DNA of 62,438 nucleotides from an uncultured Bdellovibrionales bacterium. Its GTDB lineage: Bacteria > Bdellovibrionota_C > UBA2361 > CAKMMH01. The DNA is taken from contig CAZHSB010000004.1 in assembly GCA_964534945.1 (NCBI GenBank), positions 1 through 62,438 of the forward strand, read 5' to 3'. A program made the translations under genes and the position numbers. Position 1 is the stretch's first letter, and every line of letters starts with the position of its first letter. Shown here one piece after another: positions 1-8,960 of this stretch. The notes beneath the pieces were generated by a model that saw nothing but the letters and a program-made list of their open reading frames with translations, was not told the DNA's origin and searched no databases.

Positions 1-2
1 AA

Positions 3-563
3 ATAATAAAAGATAGCCAATCAAAATTAACAGATATTAATGAATGTATTTTATACATAGACGGATATTATCCACTAGAACTTGCAAAAAAAATGCATAA
101 AGTTATTTCAAAAGATGAAGATGCAAAGAAAATTAAAAATAATTTAACAGATTTATTTTTAGGAAAATCTTCCCCTTCCCTAATTCCTATAGATGTAAAC
201 TGGAAAGTGGAACAAAACTATATTGCAACTTTATATTATAAAATACTTTTCAAAGAAAATATTTTGGCTAGTTTAAGAAAAGCAAATTTTGAAGATGACG
301 ACGTAATAGAAATTTCAAAACTTATATATTCTGATGAAGTGGTTTCTAAAGCACTATTAATTGAAGATATGGCGCAAGATCAAGTTATCGATGAACAAGA
401 AATACAAATATTAAAAGAGATTATGCCATTAAGGCAAAAACGTTTTATGATGATTTTACGAGATTTCTTCAATAATTATTCAAGGCTTCCTAAAAAACTT
501 GAAGACTATATTGAGGAAAGTGATGAAATTAAAAAAATATTTCTTGGAAGTGATCCCGAATAA
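3..563 (+). CDS. hypothetical protein, probably 5' partial
   Basis: ORF track 93..563. The same frame stays open back to nt 3 (..IIKDSQSKLTDINECILYIDGYYPLELAKK-MHKV..), so the true start may lie upstream of the window. No recognisable motif. Confidence 0.45.
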   Translation: MIKDSQSKLTDINECILYIDGYYPLELAKKMHKVISKDEDAKKIKNNLTDLFLGKSSPSLIPIDVNWKVEQNYIATLYYKILFKENILASLRKANFEDDDVIEISKLIYSDEVVSKALLIEDMAQDQVIDEQEIQILKEIMPLRQKRFMMILRDFFNNYSRLPKKLEDYIEESDEIKKIFLGSDPE

Positions 564-597
564 TAAAAAAAAGGAAGAAAATAAAAATTTTCCTCCT
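563..597 (-). terminator. intrinsic terminator downstream of hppA, between convergent genes
   Basis: Stem AGGAAGAAAAT (572-582) / ATTTTCCTCCT (587-597), one mismatch, 4-nt loop. On the minus strand it is followed by 7 T (A-run 565-571). Confidence 0.6.
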
Positions 598-625
598 CTA
601 ATCATTTCAAAATATCTTAAAAAGA

Positions 626-3043
626 TTAACTTTTGATTCTCATTCCATAAAAAGAACGATATACAAAGTATAATCCAACTACGAACAAAATTCCGCCTAT
701 CCATACTGCAACATCTGGCGCCTTAACGGCTATTTCAACAGCCAACAATCCAAAAAGAGTCGTAAATTTAATGATTGGATTAAGCGCTACAGACGAAGTG
801 TCTTTATATGGATCTCCGACAGTATCTCCCACAACTGTTGCTGCATGTAAATCAGTTCCTTTCTCTTTTAAGTCTACTTCAACAACTTTTTTGGCATTAT
901 CCCAAGCACCACCCGCATTTGCCATAAACAATGCTTGGAAAAGTCCAAAGACTGCAATTGAAATTAAATAACTAGCAAAGAACGTTGGATTAAAACATGC
1001 GAAAGCTAATGTCAAACTAAAGATTACACCGAAAATATTCATCATGCCTTTTTGTGCATACTGAGTACAAATCTTAACAACACCCTTTGATTCCTCAATA
1101 GATGCTCCCTTTGAATCTTCAAGCTTAATATTACGTTTAATATATTCAACTGCCCTATAAGCTCCTGTTGTAACAGCCTGCATTGAAGCGCCTGTAAACC
1201 AATAAATTACCGCACCTCCTGTCATAAGCCCTAAAAGAACTTGTGGTTTTAACAAATCAAGATTTAAATTCAACATTAAGATTATTGAAAAAATCATTGT
1301 AGTAGCACCAATAACCGCCGTCCCAATTAAAACTGGTTTTGCGGTAGCTTTAAATGTGTTTCCTGCTGAATCATTTTCTTCCAACAGTTCTTTTCCTCTC
1401 TCAAAATCTGGAGTAAAGCCAAAATCTCTCTCGATTTCTTCTTTTACACCTTTTATAGATTCTATTTGAGATAATTCAAAAACTGATTGGGCATTATCTG
1501 TAACGGGGCCATAAGAATCTACTGCAATTGTAACAGGTCCCATTCCCAAGAAACCAAAAGCTACTAAACCAAAAGCAAATACTTCTGGGTGAATCATATA
1601 AGCTCCTAATCCCTGTTGCGAAGCTAAATATGCTCCAAACATTAAAGCAACCATAATAATCCCTTTCCAAAATGCTGAAAAATTCCCTGCAACAAGTCCA
1701 GAAAGAATTGTAAGAGAAGCTCCACCTTCTTTTGACGCATTAACAATTTCATTTACGTGTATTGAACTTGACGAAGTAAATATTTTTGTAAACTCAGGAA
1801 TCAATGCAGCTGCAAGTGTTCCACAACTAATGATAGTTGAAAGCCATAGCCATGTAGTCCCCGCTAACAAGTCTCCAAGTAAAATATAACTTATCGCATA
1901 AGTAACAACTATTGATGTTAGAGATGTAATCCAAATTAAAGATGTAAGTGGAGATTCAAAATCGAACTTATCAGCATTCCTAAATTTACTTCCTGCATAA
2001 AAAGAATTTACTTTATAAGAAAGCATTGAAGTAAGAATCATCAGAATACGCATTGCGAAAATCCATACAATAAAAGTTCCTTGTAGCGTAAAAGTATTAT
2101 CAGCTAACTCTTTAACTCCTGCTTCGTTAAAATTAAAGCCAACTGCCAAAACAATAAAGCTTACTAATGCAACGCCAGTTACCCCATATGTTTCAAATCC
2201 ATCAGCCGTAGGCCCAACAGAGTCCCCTGCATTATCACCTGTACAATCTGCGATAACCCCTGGATTTCTTGGATCATCTTCACCAATATTAAAAACAATT
2301 TTCATTAAATCTGCACCAATATCAGCAATTTTTGTAAAAATACCACCACAAATTCTAAGTGCGGCAGCGCCCAAAGACTCTCCAATTGCAAAGCCTAAGA
2401 AACAAGAACCTGCATATTCTCCTGGCACAACTAGTAGTATAAAGAGCATCATTATAAGTTCAACAGAAATAAGCAAAACGCCTATCGACATCCCAGCACG
2501 AAGCGGATAATAATAAACAGGAAATGGCTTCCTTTTTAATGCAACAAATGATACTCTACTATTTGCATAAGTATTGATTCTAATACCAAACCACGCAACA
2601 CAATAAGAGCCCAAAATTCCCAATACTGAGCAAGCTACTATTAGCAATACTTGAGGAAATTCCATATCCTGTAAATGTAAAAAATAGTAAAACATGCAAG
2701 AAGCAATTATTATTTCCAACATAACAAGAAATTTCCCTTGCTGAAAAAGATATGTTTTACAAGTTTCATAAATTAAAGCAGAAACATCAGACATACTCTT
2801 ATGAGCAGGAAGTCTCTTGATTTTTAAAAATTCAACAATTCCAAAAATCAATCCACTAATACAAACAAGAACTCCAAACCATAAAATATTTATTCCTGAT
2901 ACATGATGCCCAAACATATTAAATGCGACATCAAGACTAGGAATCGGCAAATCAGCTTCTCCAGCATAAGAATTTATAGGATTAGCAATTCCACTAGCTA
3001 AAGCTAACATAAACAACCACAACGAATTAAGACGTTTTATCAT
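626..3043 (-). CDS. hppA: membrane-bound H+-translocating pyrophosphatase, K+-independent type
   Basis: 805 aa, polytopic. Motifs GDNAGDSVGPTADGFETY, GGAWDNAKK, VGDTVGDPYKDTSSVALNPIIKF. GNTFKATAK has Lys at the position that distinguishes K+-independent enzymes. AGGA SD upstream of the ATG. Confidence 0.95.
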   Translation of the reverse strand: MIKRLNSLWLFMLALASGIANPINSYAGEADLPIPSLDVAFNMFGHHVSGINILWFGVLVCISGLIFGIVEFLKIKRLPAHKSMSDVSALIYETCKTYLFQQGKFLVMLEIIIASCMFYYFLHLQDMEFPQVLLIVACSVLGILGSYCVAWFGIRINTYANSRVSFVALKRKPFPVYYYPLRAGMSIGVLLISVELIMMLFILLVVPGEYAGSCFLGFAIGESLGAAALRICGGIFTKIADIGADLMKIVFNIGEDDPRNPGVIADCTGDNAGDSVGPTADGFETYGVTGVALVSFIVLAVGFNFNEAGVKELADNTFTLQGTFIVWIFAMRILMILTSMLSYKVNSFYAGSKFRNADKFDFESPLTSLIWITSLTSIVVTYAISYILLGDLLAGTTWLWLSTIISCGTLAAALIPEFTKIFTSSSSIHVNEIVNASKEGGASLTILSGLVAGNFSAFWKGIIMVALMFGAYLASQQGLGAYMIHPEVFAFGLVAFGFLGMGPVTIAVDSYGPVTDNAQSVFELSQIESIKGVKEEIERDFGFTPDFERGKELLEENDSAGNTFKATAKPVLIGTAVIGATTMIFSIILMLNLNLDLLKPQVLLGLMTGGAVIYWFTGASMQAVTTGAYRAVEYIKRNIKLEDSKGASIEESKGVVKICTQYAQKGMMNIFGVIFSLTLAFACFNPTFFASYLISIAVFGLFQALFMANAGGAWDNAKKVVEVDLKEKGTDLHAATVVGDTVGDPYKDTSSVALNPIIKFTTLFGLLAVEIAVKAPDVAVWIGGILFVVGLYFVYRSFYGMRIKS

Positions 3044-3112
3044 GACTTCTTATCCTTTTTTTATTTATTAAAATATAACTTATCTTTAAATTAAAAAATT
3101 TTACACAAGGTC

Positions 3113-3218
3113 AAACAATAAAAGAAAAGAGGTATCTGAGAAAAAACTTTGCCTTACTAGTGACACAAAACGACTCACGCCACAACACCAAAAGCCTCTA
3201 TCTTTTCTCAAATACCTC
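3113..3218 (-). terminator. long hairpin plus U-tract between rsmE and hppA (terminator or leader structure)
   Basis: Arms 3129-3144 GAGGTATCTGAGAAAA / 3203-3218 TTTTCTCAAATACCTC, 16 bp with one G-U or mismatch. The 58-nt loop is relatively GC-rich. On the minus strand the hairpin is followed by TTTTCTTTTATTG. Confidence 0.4.
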
Positions 3219-3357
3219 ACCGATCTACTATCTATCATATGAAAAACTATAATATACATTAAACAAATGTAATCTTATGTAAAACTCTCAAAAAAAATTC
3301 TCAAAAACTATGCTATATAGTAAACTCTTTTCACCCCGTTTCTGTCAATAGAAATTT

Positions 3358-4074
3358 TTATAAAATTTTCCCCAATAAATACGTTGTTGCAATTTCTACG
3401 CGCAAAATCCGCTCTCCAAGGCTAACGCTTCTAAATAATTTTTCATGAAAATATTTAACTTCTTTATCAGTCCAACCACTTTCTGGACCAATTGCTATGC
3501 AATCGACATCGCGAAAATCTCTAAACTCTATTTCTGATAAATTCTGAGTATCAGCAACAACGCAACACTTTCTAGAAAATTCTTTTGTATTAAAATACTT
3601 GTATATTGAGGAATAAATTTCTATATTCGGAAAAATAGTATCTCCCGTTTGCTCCATAGCTAATAAACATTCTTTCTTAATATTTTCTTGAGATAACGAC
3701 GTCGACTGAATATAACTTTTAGGAATATTCTCTCCCCTAACAAAGCTTACATCTTTTATTCCCAAACTCGTAGCAATATGAATTATTTTTTTATTAGTCT
3801 GTGGACGACAAATTGATACTACTAACTCAATATCTTTTTTTTTCATCGGCAAAATTGATAAATCAATATCAAACATTGCAGAATCATCGGAAATTTTTTT
3901 TAATATTCCCTTTCCTCTATTTCCACCTACAACACCAATATTTATTTCTTGATTTTCTTTAAAAATAAATCTTTTTTTTAAATCTTCTAATCTATCATGA
4001 GAAATAATTGCACAAGATTTGTCAGCACTTACTTCATTTTCATTAAAGAGCAAAAAATTCATTTTATTCTTCAC
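3358..4074 (-). CDS. rsmE: 16S rRNA (uracil1498-N3)-methyltransferase RsmE family
   Basis: 238 aa. C-terminal IAIGPESGWTDKEV...RILRVEIA matches the RsmE SPOUT signature. The start may be the internal Met at 4062. Confidence 0.75.
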   Translation of the reverse strand: MKNKMNFLLFNENEVSADKSCAIISHDRLEDLKKRFIFKENQEINIGVVGGNRGKGILKKISDDSAMFDIDLSILPMKKKDIELVVSICRPQTNKKIIHIATSLGIKDVSFVRGENIPKSYIQSTSLSQENIKKECLLAMEQTGDTIFPNIEIYSSIYKYFNTKEFSRKCCVVADTQNLSEIEFRDFRDVDCIAIGPESGWTDKEVKYFHEKLFRSVSLGERILRVEIATTYLLGKIL

Positions 4075-4387
4075 ATTCTACAGGACAACTTGGCATATCG
4101 TCCGTGCAAATACAAGGCTTTTCTTTATTTGCTTTTTCTTTCACAATAAGCTTGTTTTTCATATCTTTTGTGAACGTCTCATTACCTTTTGGAGATTTAC
4201 ACTTTGGAGGAAAAGTTTTTAAGATTATTCCTCCCGCCTTAACGCAACTTTCATAATCAACGATTTCTGCTTTATTATTTTTTGGTTGAATTTTCTGCTC
4301 AGCTTCTTCATTTTTTTCTAAACAAGCAAAACAAGAAGTAGAAACAATAAACATCAACATAACAAAAACATTAAATCTATATTTCAT
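4064..4387 (-). CDS. small secreted Cys-rich protein
   Basis: 107 aa. Hydrophobic N-terminal signal (MKYRFNVFVMLMFIVSTSCFAC). Eight Cys, including CICTDDMPSCPVEC. Confidence 0.5.
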   Translation of the reverse strand: MKYRFNVFVMLMFIVSTSCFACLEKNEEAEQKIQPKNNKAEIVDYESCVKAGGIILKTFPPKCKSPKGNETFTKDMKNKLIVKEKANKEKPCICTDDMPSCPVECEE

Positions 4388-4399
4388 ATAAATACCCTT

Positions 4400-4924
4400 T
4401 TATCTAATAATCCTTAATTTATCCCCAACCCTTATATTATATTTTTTCGCTGTAAAAGCCGAAAGCTCCACAGCATATCTTGACTTGCCATTGATATAAT
4501 ATCTTTTTGTATCATCAAGAGGAATCATATTTTCAACAATTCCGACAATTTTATAATCTTTATTTAAAAAGACAAGGTCAAGCGGGATATATGTATTTTT
4601 CATCCAAAACACTAGATTTTCGTCTTTATCATAAACAAAGATCATTCCATCATCTTCTTTTAATTCTTTTACAAACATCAGCCCTCTTTCTCTAAGGCTT
4701 GAAGTATTTGCAACTTTTAAATTAAAAGTTTTTATACTTTGACCATTTTTATCTATAAATTCCGCCTTTATTAATCCAAATGGATAAATATCTTTTCCAA
4801 CATAAAAATAGCATAAAATAATCGTAATAATGAAAAGTATCATTATTAAAAATCCATTATTCTTTCTTTTTTTATTAGTAAAATTTAAAATTTTCATATT
4901 TTTACGAACCTTTTCGTCGCTCAT
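4400..4924 (-). CDS. DUF192 family protein (membrane anchored)
   Basis: 174 aa. N-terminal TM segment, then RERGLMFVKEL..DDGMIFVY....FWMKNTYIPLDLVFL, typical of DUF192/COG1430. Confidence 0.65.
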   Translation of the reverse strand: MSDEKVRKNMKILNFTNKKRKNNGFLIMILFIITIILCYFYVGKDIYPFGLIKAEFIDKNGQSIKTFNLKVANTSSLRERGLMFVKELKEDDGMIFVYDKDENLVFWMKNTYIPLDLVFLNKDYKIVGIVENMIPLDDTKRYYINGKSRYAVELSAFTAKKYNIRVGDKLRIIR

Positions 4925-5033
4925 TTTCGATATATTTTTAGGAAACGTGCATTTTCACTTGGAAAAAATTTTATTACATGTTAGCATTTTCAAAGTTTCT
5001 TTGTAAATATCTGTTTTATTTGAAAGGAATCGC

Positions 5034-7424
5034 ATGAAAAAAACAAATTATGGGTTTAGTCTCCTTGAATTCGTTATAACCTTGCCTGTTACGTTGCTTT
5101 TTCTATTTGGCACAACAGATATGATGCGGGTGATGAGCGCACAGACTGCGATTGATAGCGGAACTGAAAGCGCTCTTAGATGCCTCTCTCCAATTAACGG
5201 AGATTGTAATAAAGAGGTGTCAGACAATTACACAAAAATGTATGATGTTTTTTCCCTTAATCAAACTAATTCTTATTTGATTGATAGATATAGGTTCTCT
5301 GCTACCGCAAACACATTAAAAGCAAATCAATATGAAACTAAAGCTACTGCCAATATTTTAAAATCTGGAACTTTGAAATTAAAAAAATTTCAAACTGCTT
5401 ACAATGAGCTTTCTTATAAGGCAAATTTAGAAGCAAAATTTTTACTAATGACCCAGAGTCTTCCTCAAATCATAGGAGATGCAGTTACATTAGAAAATCA
5501 AAGATTTGTTTTAAAAGATAATAAAAATATAAAATATACACCAACCATAGAAAATTCTTCTAATTTCTCAATGACAATTGCAAAAAACGAAAATGAGGCT
5601 AAAAGTTTTAAAGAGATTGAGTTTTCCATTCCCGCAATAGAAGGTTGCGATCCAACACTGCCTTGTTTTTTAGCATCAGATATTGATAAAAACAATTTAA
5701 AAGAAAAAACTCCAAATTATGGGAAGACTTGCCCCAATGCATTTTCTTGGAAAGACGGAGATACTTTTGGCGCAAATAACGAATATACATATCAAAAACT
5801 TGAAAACGCAAAAATAGCTTGTGAAAAAACTCCCATATTATTATTTATTGAGGGAGATTCATCAATAGCAGGTGATGATTCTGCAAAAGTTGATATTGAA
5901 ATTACTAATAGCAATGGAAAAATTTTGCGTGATCTTGGTGGACGAGTTTTTGATAAAAACTCGAGTGCTTCTCTTGTAGCGCGAGGTGCCGAAAAAGAAA
6001 GTTATTCTGATACACTTAAAAATAGATATGGAGATGGCGAAATTTCTTTTCACCAAGCAATACAACTTAACTATAACAAAACATATAAGATAAGATTTAA
6101 GTTAAAAAGATTAAATAATTCTTATAATAGCAAAGTAACCTGGACATTTAAGAAATTAAAAATTTTTACCCCTCAATATGCACTGATGACTTTGGAGGAT
6201 CAATGTCAAAATGAAGTATTCTTATCAACCCCTCAAGATCAATTAGTAAATGAATGCAACGCACAAAATGTTTCTAAAAAAGCAAAGATGAATTTGGATT
6301 TTAAGGTAAGTACTTATGGAAAAGGAACACCTAGTAAAAAAATAATCTATGGCGATTGTTCTTTGGGAAAGGAATCAAAAGAAGAAATCTTAAAGAAAAA
6401 TAATGTTAATGTTGCCCTTCTTGAAGCGTTTGTTGAGACAGATCCAAAAGCTTGTAATAAGTTTGAAGACGTAAAATATAATTGTTCAACAAATTTTGGA
6501 ACTAAAGATAAAAGCAAATACAAAGATCTTTGTCCAGCAACAGATATTATTTCAAACTATGTATGGAAAGATTTTTATACTCCATCTACAAACATAGCTG
6601 ATTTTTCTTTAGAAAAAATAGATCTTGGAAATATTACTTGGAACAAAGAAAATTGTAATGATACTAAAGAATATCTACAAAATGATTGGAAAACATATAA
6701 CGATCTATCATTAAAAACAAGTAAAATAGGCTCTACATTTGTAAGTTTAGATAATGATAAATTTTGCGAAAACTTAGACAAAATAAAATCTAACTATTCT
6801 TGCGCTGATTTTTCTTTTGAAACAGAAACAGTGATACCTAAAACATCAGAGCAATTACAAACGCTTTTAAGTGGAACACATGAGGGTATGAAATGTAGTT
6901 GGGAAAACGATAATTGGAAAAACATCGTATATCAAGAAATTTTAGCAAACTGGGATTTCACAAATAATTCTTGTTTTGATATGAGAATTTCAAGATCTGG
7001 GGCAAAAGCGTCAGATGAACTTCCGTCTGATGATTGTTCAACTTATCTTTTGTCTAGCAATCAGTCAAAAGAAGATAAAAAATTCCTTGGAAATTTCGCA
7101 GAAAATTCATTTCCATCAGAATGTAATGAAACTTTAAAAACGTGTAATTATGTTTTTACTGGCTTTAAAAATAAAGTAGCAATACAACAAAAAGATGAGG
7201 AAAAAAATTTAAAAAATGCAAAGATTGTAGCATCAAACAACATACACAAGCTTTTTCCTAACTCTAAAGAAAATTGTGATGATATTTATTGTGTAAATTT
7301 CATCGCAAAAGAAACATCAGACAAAGTATTTTTCGATTCAAAAATAAATGTTCCAATTTATACATTGTTTGGAAAAACTGTACAAATAAGCTCTGGATCA
7401 TCAAAAGATAAAGAATTATTTTAA
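5034..7424 (+). CDS. large Cys-rich secreted protein with TadE/TadG-like (pseudopilin-type) N-terminus
   Basis: 796 aa. The N-terminus MKKTNYG/FSLLEFVITLPVTLLFLFGTTDMMRV fits the G/XXXXEF prepilin-peptidase motif of TadE/TadF/TadG proteins. The rest has no recognisable domain and many Cys. AAGGA SD. Confidence 0.55.
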   Translation: MKKTNYGFSLLEFVITLPVTLLFLFGTTDMMRVMSAQTAIDSGTESALRCLSPINGDCNKEVSDNYTKMYDVFSLNQTNSYLIDRYRFSATANTLKANQYETKATANILKSGTLKLKKFQTAYNELSYKANLEAKFLLMTQSLPQIIGDAVTLENQRFVLKDNKNIKYTPTIENSSNFSMTIAKNENEAKSFKEIEFSIPAIEGCDPTLPCFLASDIDKNNLKEKTPNYGKTCPNAFSWKDGDTFGANNEYTYQKLENAKIACEKTPILLFIEGDSSIAGDDSAKVDIEITNSNGKILRDLGGRVFDKNSSASLVARGAEKESYSDTLKNRYGDGEISFHQAIQLNYNKTYKIRFKLKRLNNSYNSKVTWTFKKLKIFTPQYALMTLEDQCQNEVFLSTPQDQLVNECNAQNVSKKAKMNLDFKVSTYGKGTPSKKIIYGDCSLGKESKEEILKKNNVNVALLEAFVETDPKACNKFEDVKYNCSTNFGTKDKSKYKDLCPATDIISNYVWKDFYTPSTNIADFSLEKIDLGNITWNKENCNDTKEYLQNDWKTYNDLSLKTSKIGSTFVSLDNDKFCENLDKIKSNYSCADFSFETETVIPKTSEQLQTLLSGTHEGMKCSWENDNWKNIVYQEILANWDFTNNSCFDMRISRSGAKASDELPSDDCSTYLLSSNQSKEDKKFLGNFAENSFPSECNETLKTCNYVFTGFKNKVAIQQKDEEKNLKNAKIVASNNIHKLFPNSKENCDDIYCVNFIAKETSDKVFFDSKINVPIYTLFGKTVQISSGSSKDKELF

Positions 7425-7545
7425 AAGAAAGATTACGACAACTCTATAATGTTCATTATGAAGATAAAAGAATTTATATTGTCAAAATATAAAACATCAT
7501 TACAATATATAATGTTTTTATGTTTTTAAACAGGATTATATTCTT

Positions 7546-8478
7546 ATGGAAACATCTTCAAAAATATACGTTGCTGGGCATAGAGGACTTGTTGGTTCTG
7601 CTATTGTTAGAAATTTAAAAGAGCATGGTTTTAATAATATTGTGACTAGAACTCATAAAGAAATGGATTTAACAAACCAATCTTTAGTTGAAAAATTTTT
7701 TAAGAAAGAACGTCCTGAGTATGTTTTTGTTGCAGCTGCAAAAGTTGGTGGAATTTTATTTAATCAAGAATGCCAAGCAGATTTTCTATCAGAAAATCTT
7801 AGTATTGCGACAAATGTTTTAAATTCTGCAGCAAAATATGATGTAAAAAAATTATTATATCTTGGAAGCTCTTGTATATACCCAAGAATGGCACCTCAAC
7901 CAATAAAAGAAGAATATCTTCTTTCTGGTCCATTAGAACCAACAAACGAAGGATATGCTTTGGCGAAGATTGCAGGATTAAAATTGTGTGAAAAATTTAA
8001 TACTCAATATGGAAAGCATTTTATCGCTGTAATGCCTACTAATCTTTATGGCCCACATGATAACTACCACCCAGAACATTCTCATGTAATCCCAGGACTT
8101 ATTAGAAAATTTCATGAAGCAAAAGTTCAACATAAAGATTCTGTTACAATTTGGGGAACAGGAAAACCTCTTAGAGAATTTTTATATATTGATGATTTAG
8201 CAGAAGCGCTTTTTGTTTTAATGCAAAAGTATAATGGACCTTCTATTGTCAATATTGGAACTGGAAAGGATTGCACAATAAAAGAAATTGCTGAGAAAAT
8301 AAAAAATGTTGTAGGGTTTGATGGAGAAATTCTTTTTGACGAGACGAAGCCAGATGGTATGCCACGAAAATTATTAAATATTGAAAAAATTTCATCTTAT
8401 GGCTGGAAGCCACAGGTATCATTAAATGATGGATTAGAAAAAAGCTATAAATGGGCTGTAAAAGAAAAAATTATCTAG
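7546..8478 (+). CDS. fcl: GDP-L-fucose synthase (GDP-4-keto-6-deoxy-D-mannose epimerase/reductase)
   Basis: 310 aa. IYVAGHRGLVGSAIVR Rossmann motif, GSSCIYP, YALAKIAG (YxxxK), and the full-length pattern of Fcl/WcaG. Confidence 0.9.
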   Translation: METSSKIYVAGHRGLVGSAIVRNLKEHGFNNIVTRTHKEMDLTNQSLVEKFFKKERPEYVFVAAAKVGGILFNQECQADFLSENLSIATNVLNSAAKYDVKKLLYLGSSCIYPRMAPQPIKEEYLLSGPLEPTNEGYALAKIAGLKLCEKFNTQYGKHFIAVMPTNLYGPHDNYHPEHSHVIPGLIRKFHEAKVQHKDSVTIWGTGKPLREFLYIDDLAEALFVLMQKYNGPSIVNIGTGKDCTIKEIAEKIKNVVGFDGEILFDETKPDGMPRKLLNIEKISSYGWKPQVSLNDGLEKSYKWAVKEKII

Positions 8479-8519
8479 TTTTATTTATTATAATACTTTT
8501 TTAATTCGTTAAAAATCTC

Positions 8520-8547
8520 TTGACATCAAAGAAATTTGTGATAGATT
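8520..8547 (+). promoter_or_regulatory. sigma-70-type promoter with extended -10, not followed by any ORF
   Basis: TTGACA (8520-8525), 16-nt spacer, TG at 8539-8540, TAGATT (8542-8547). Confidence 0.5.
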
Positions 8548-8552
8548 GAGCG

Positions 8553-8842
8553 CCGTCGGTAGGAGTTATTTAAAGGTTACAGAAAAAAAGAGCCATTTCT
8601 TACTTCAATGTGATTTCCTAATGCGTTTTCATTGAAGGACAGAGTAAAAATCTTATGTTTGATTAGATTACTTTTTTCTTAATTTGCTTAATTTTTACTT
8701 GAAATGGCTCTTTTTTCTTTATTAGATAGCGTTGTTTCAGGTGCGAGTTTTTATTTAAAGGTTGTAACTAGTTGTTTTTTTGAATGTTTTATCTTTTTAT
8801 CAATAGTGTTTTTCTTCAACTCCTACTGACACTCATTTTTAA
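8553..8842 (+). ncRNA. candidate structured non-coding RNA (~290 nt), class unknown
   Basis: Nested helices. P1 8555-8567/8818-8830: 13 bp, one G-U, followed by ACTCATTTTT. P2 8584-8599/8701-8716: perfect 16 bp. P2a 8603-8610/8630-8637: 8 bp. P2b 8643-8651/8691-8699: 9 bp. A promoter lies directly upstream and there is no ORF >=60 aa. Confidence 0.4.
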
Positions 8843-8960
8843 CCATCAAATCTTTATTAAATTTCAAATCAATACTGTTAAAATTCTTTAAATAGAAGAA
8901 TTCTTTAAAAATACTAAAAATTTTTTTGACTAAACTTTCTAAAAAGCATACTCTTAAGAA

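Noticed and set aside
8555-8830. Nested inverted repeats as a MITE or nested insertion
   Set aside because: I saw no direct target-site duplication flanking either pair of arms and no second copy in this 62-kb window. This cannot be excluded without a whole-genome search, so it is kept as the main alternative under the finding.
8553-8842. Identification of the structured element as RNase P RNA, tmRNA, SRP/4.5S RNA or 6S RNA
   Set aside because: I found none of the universal cores (GGAAAGUCC and the P4 partner, the tRNA-like GGGG...CCACCA ends, the SRP GGAA/AGCA loops). The fold is branched rather than the rod with a central bubble expected for 6S. This still needs a covariance-model search.
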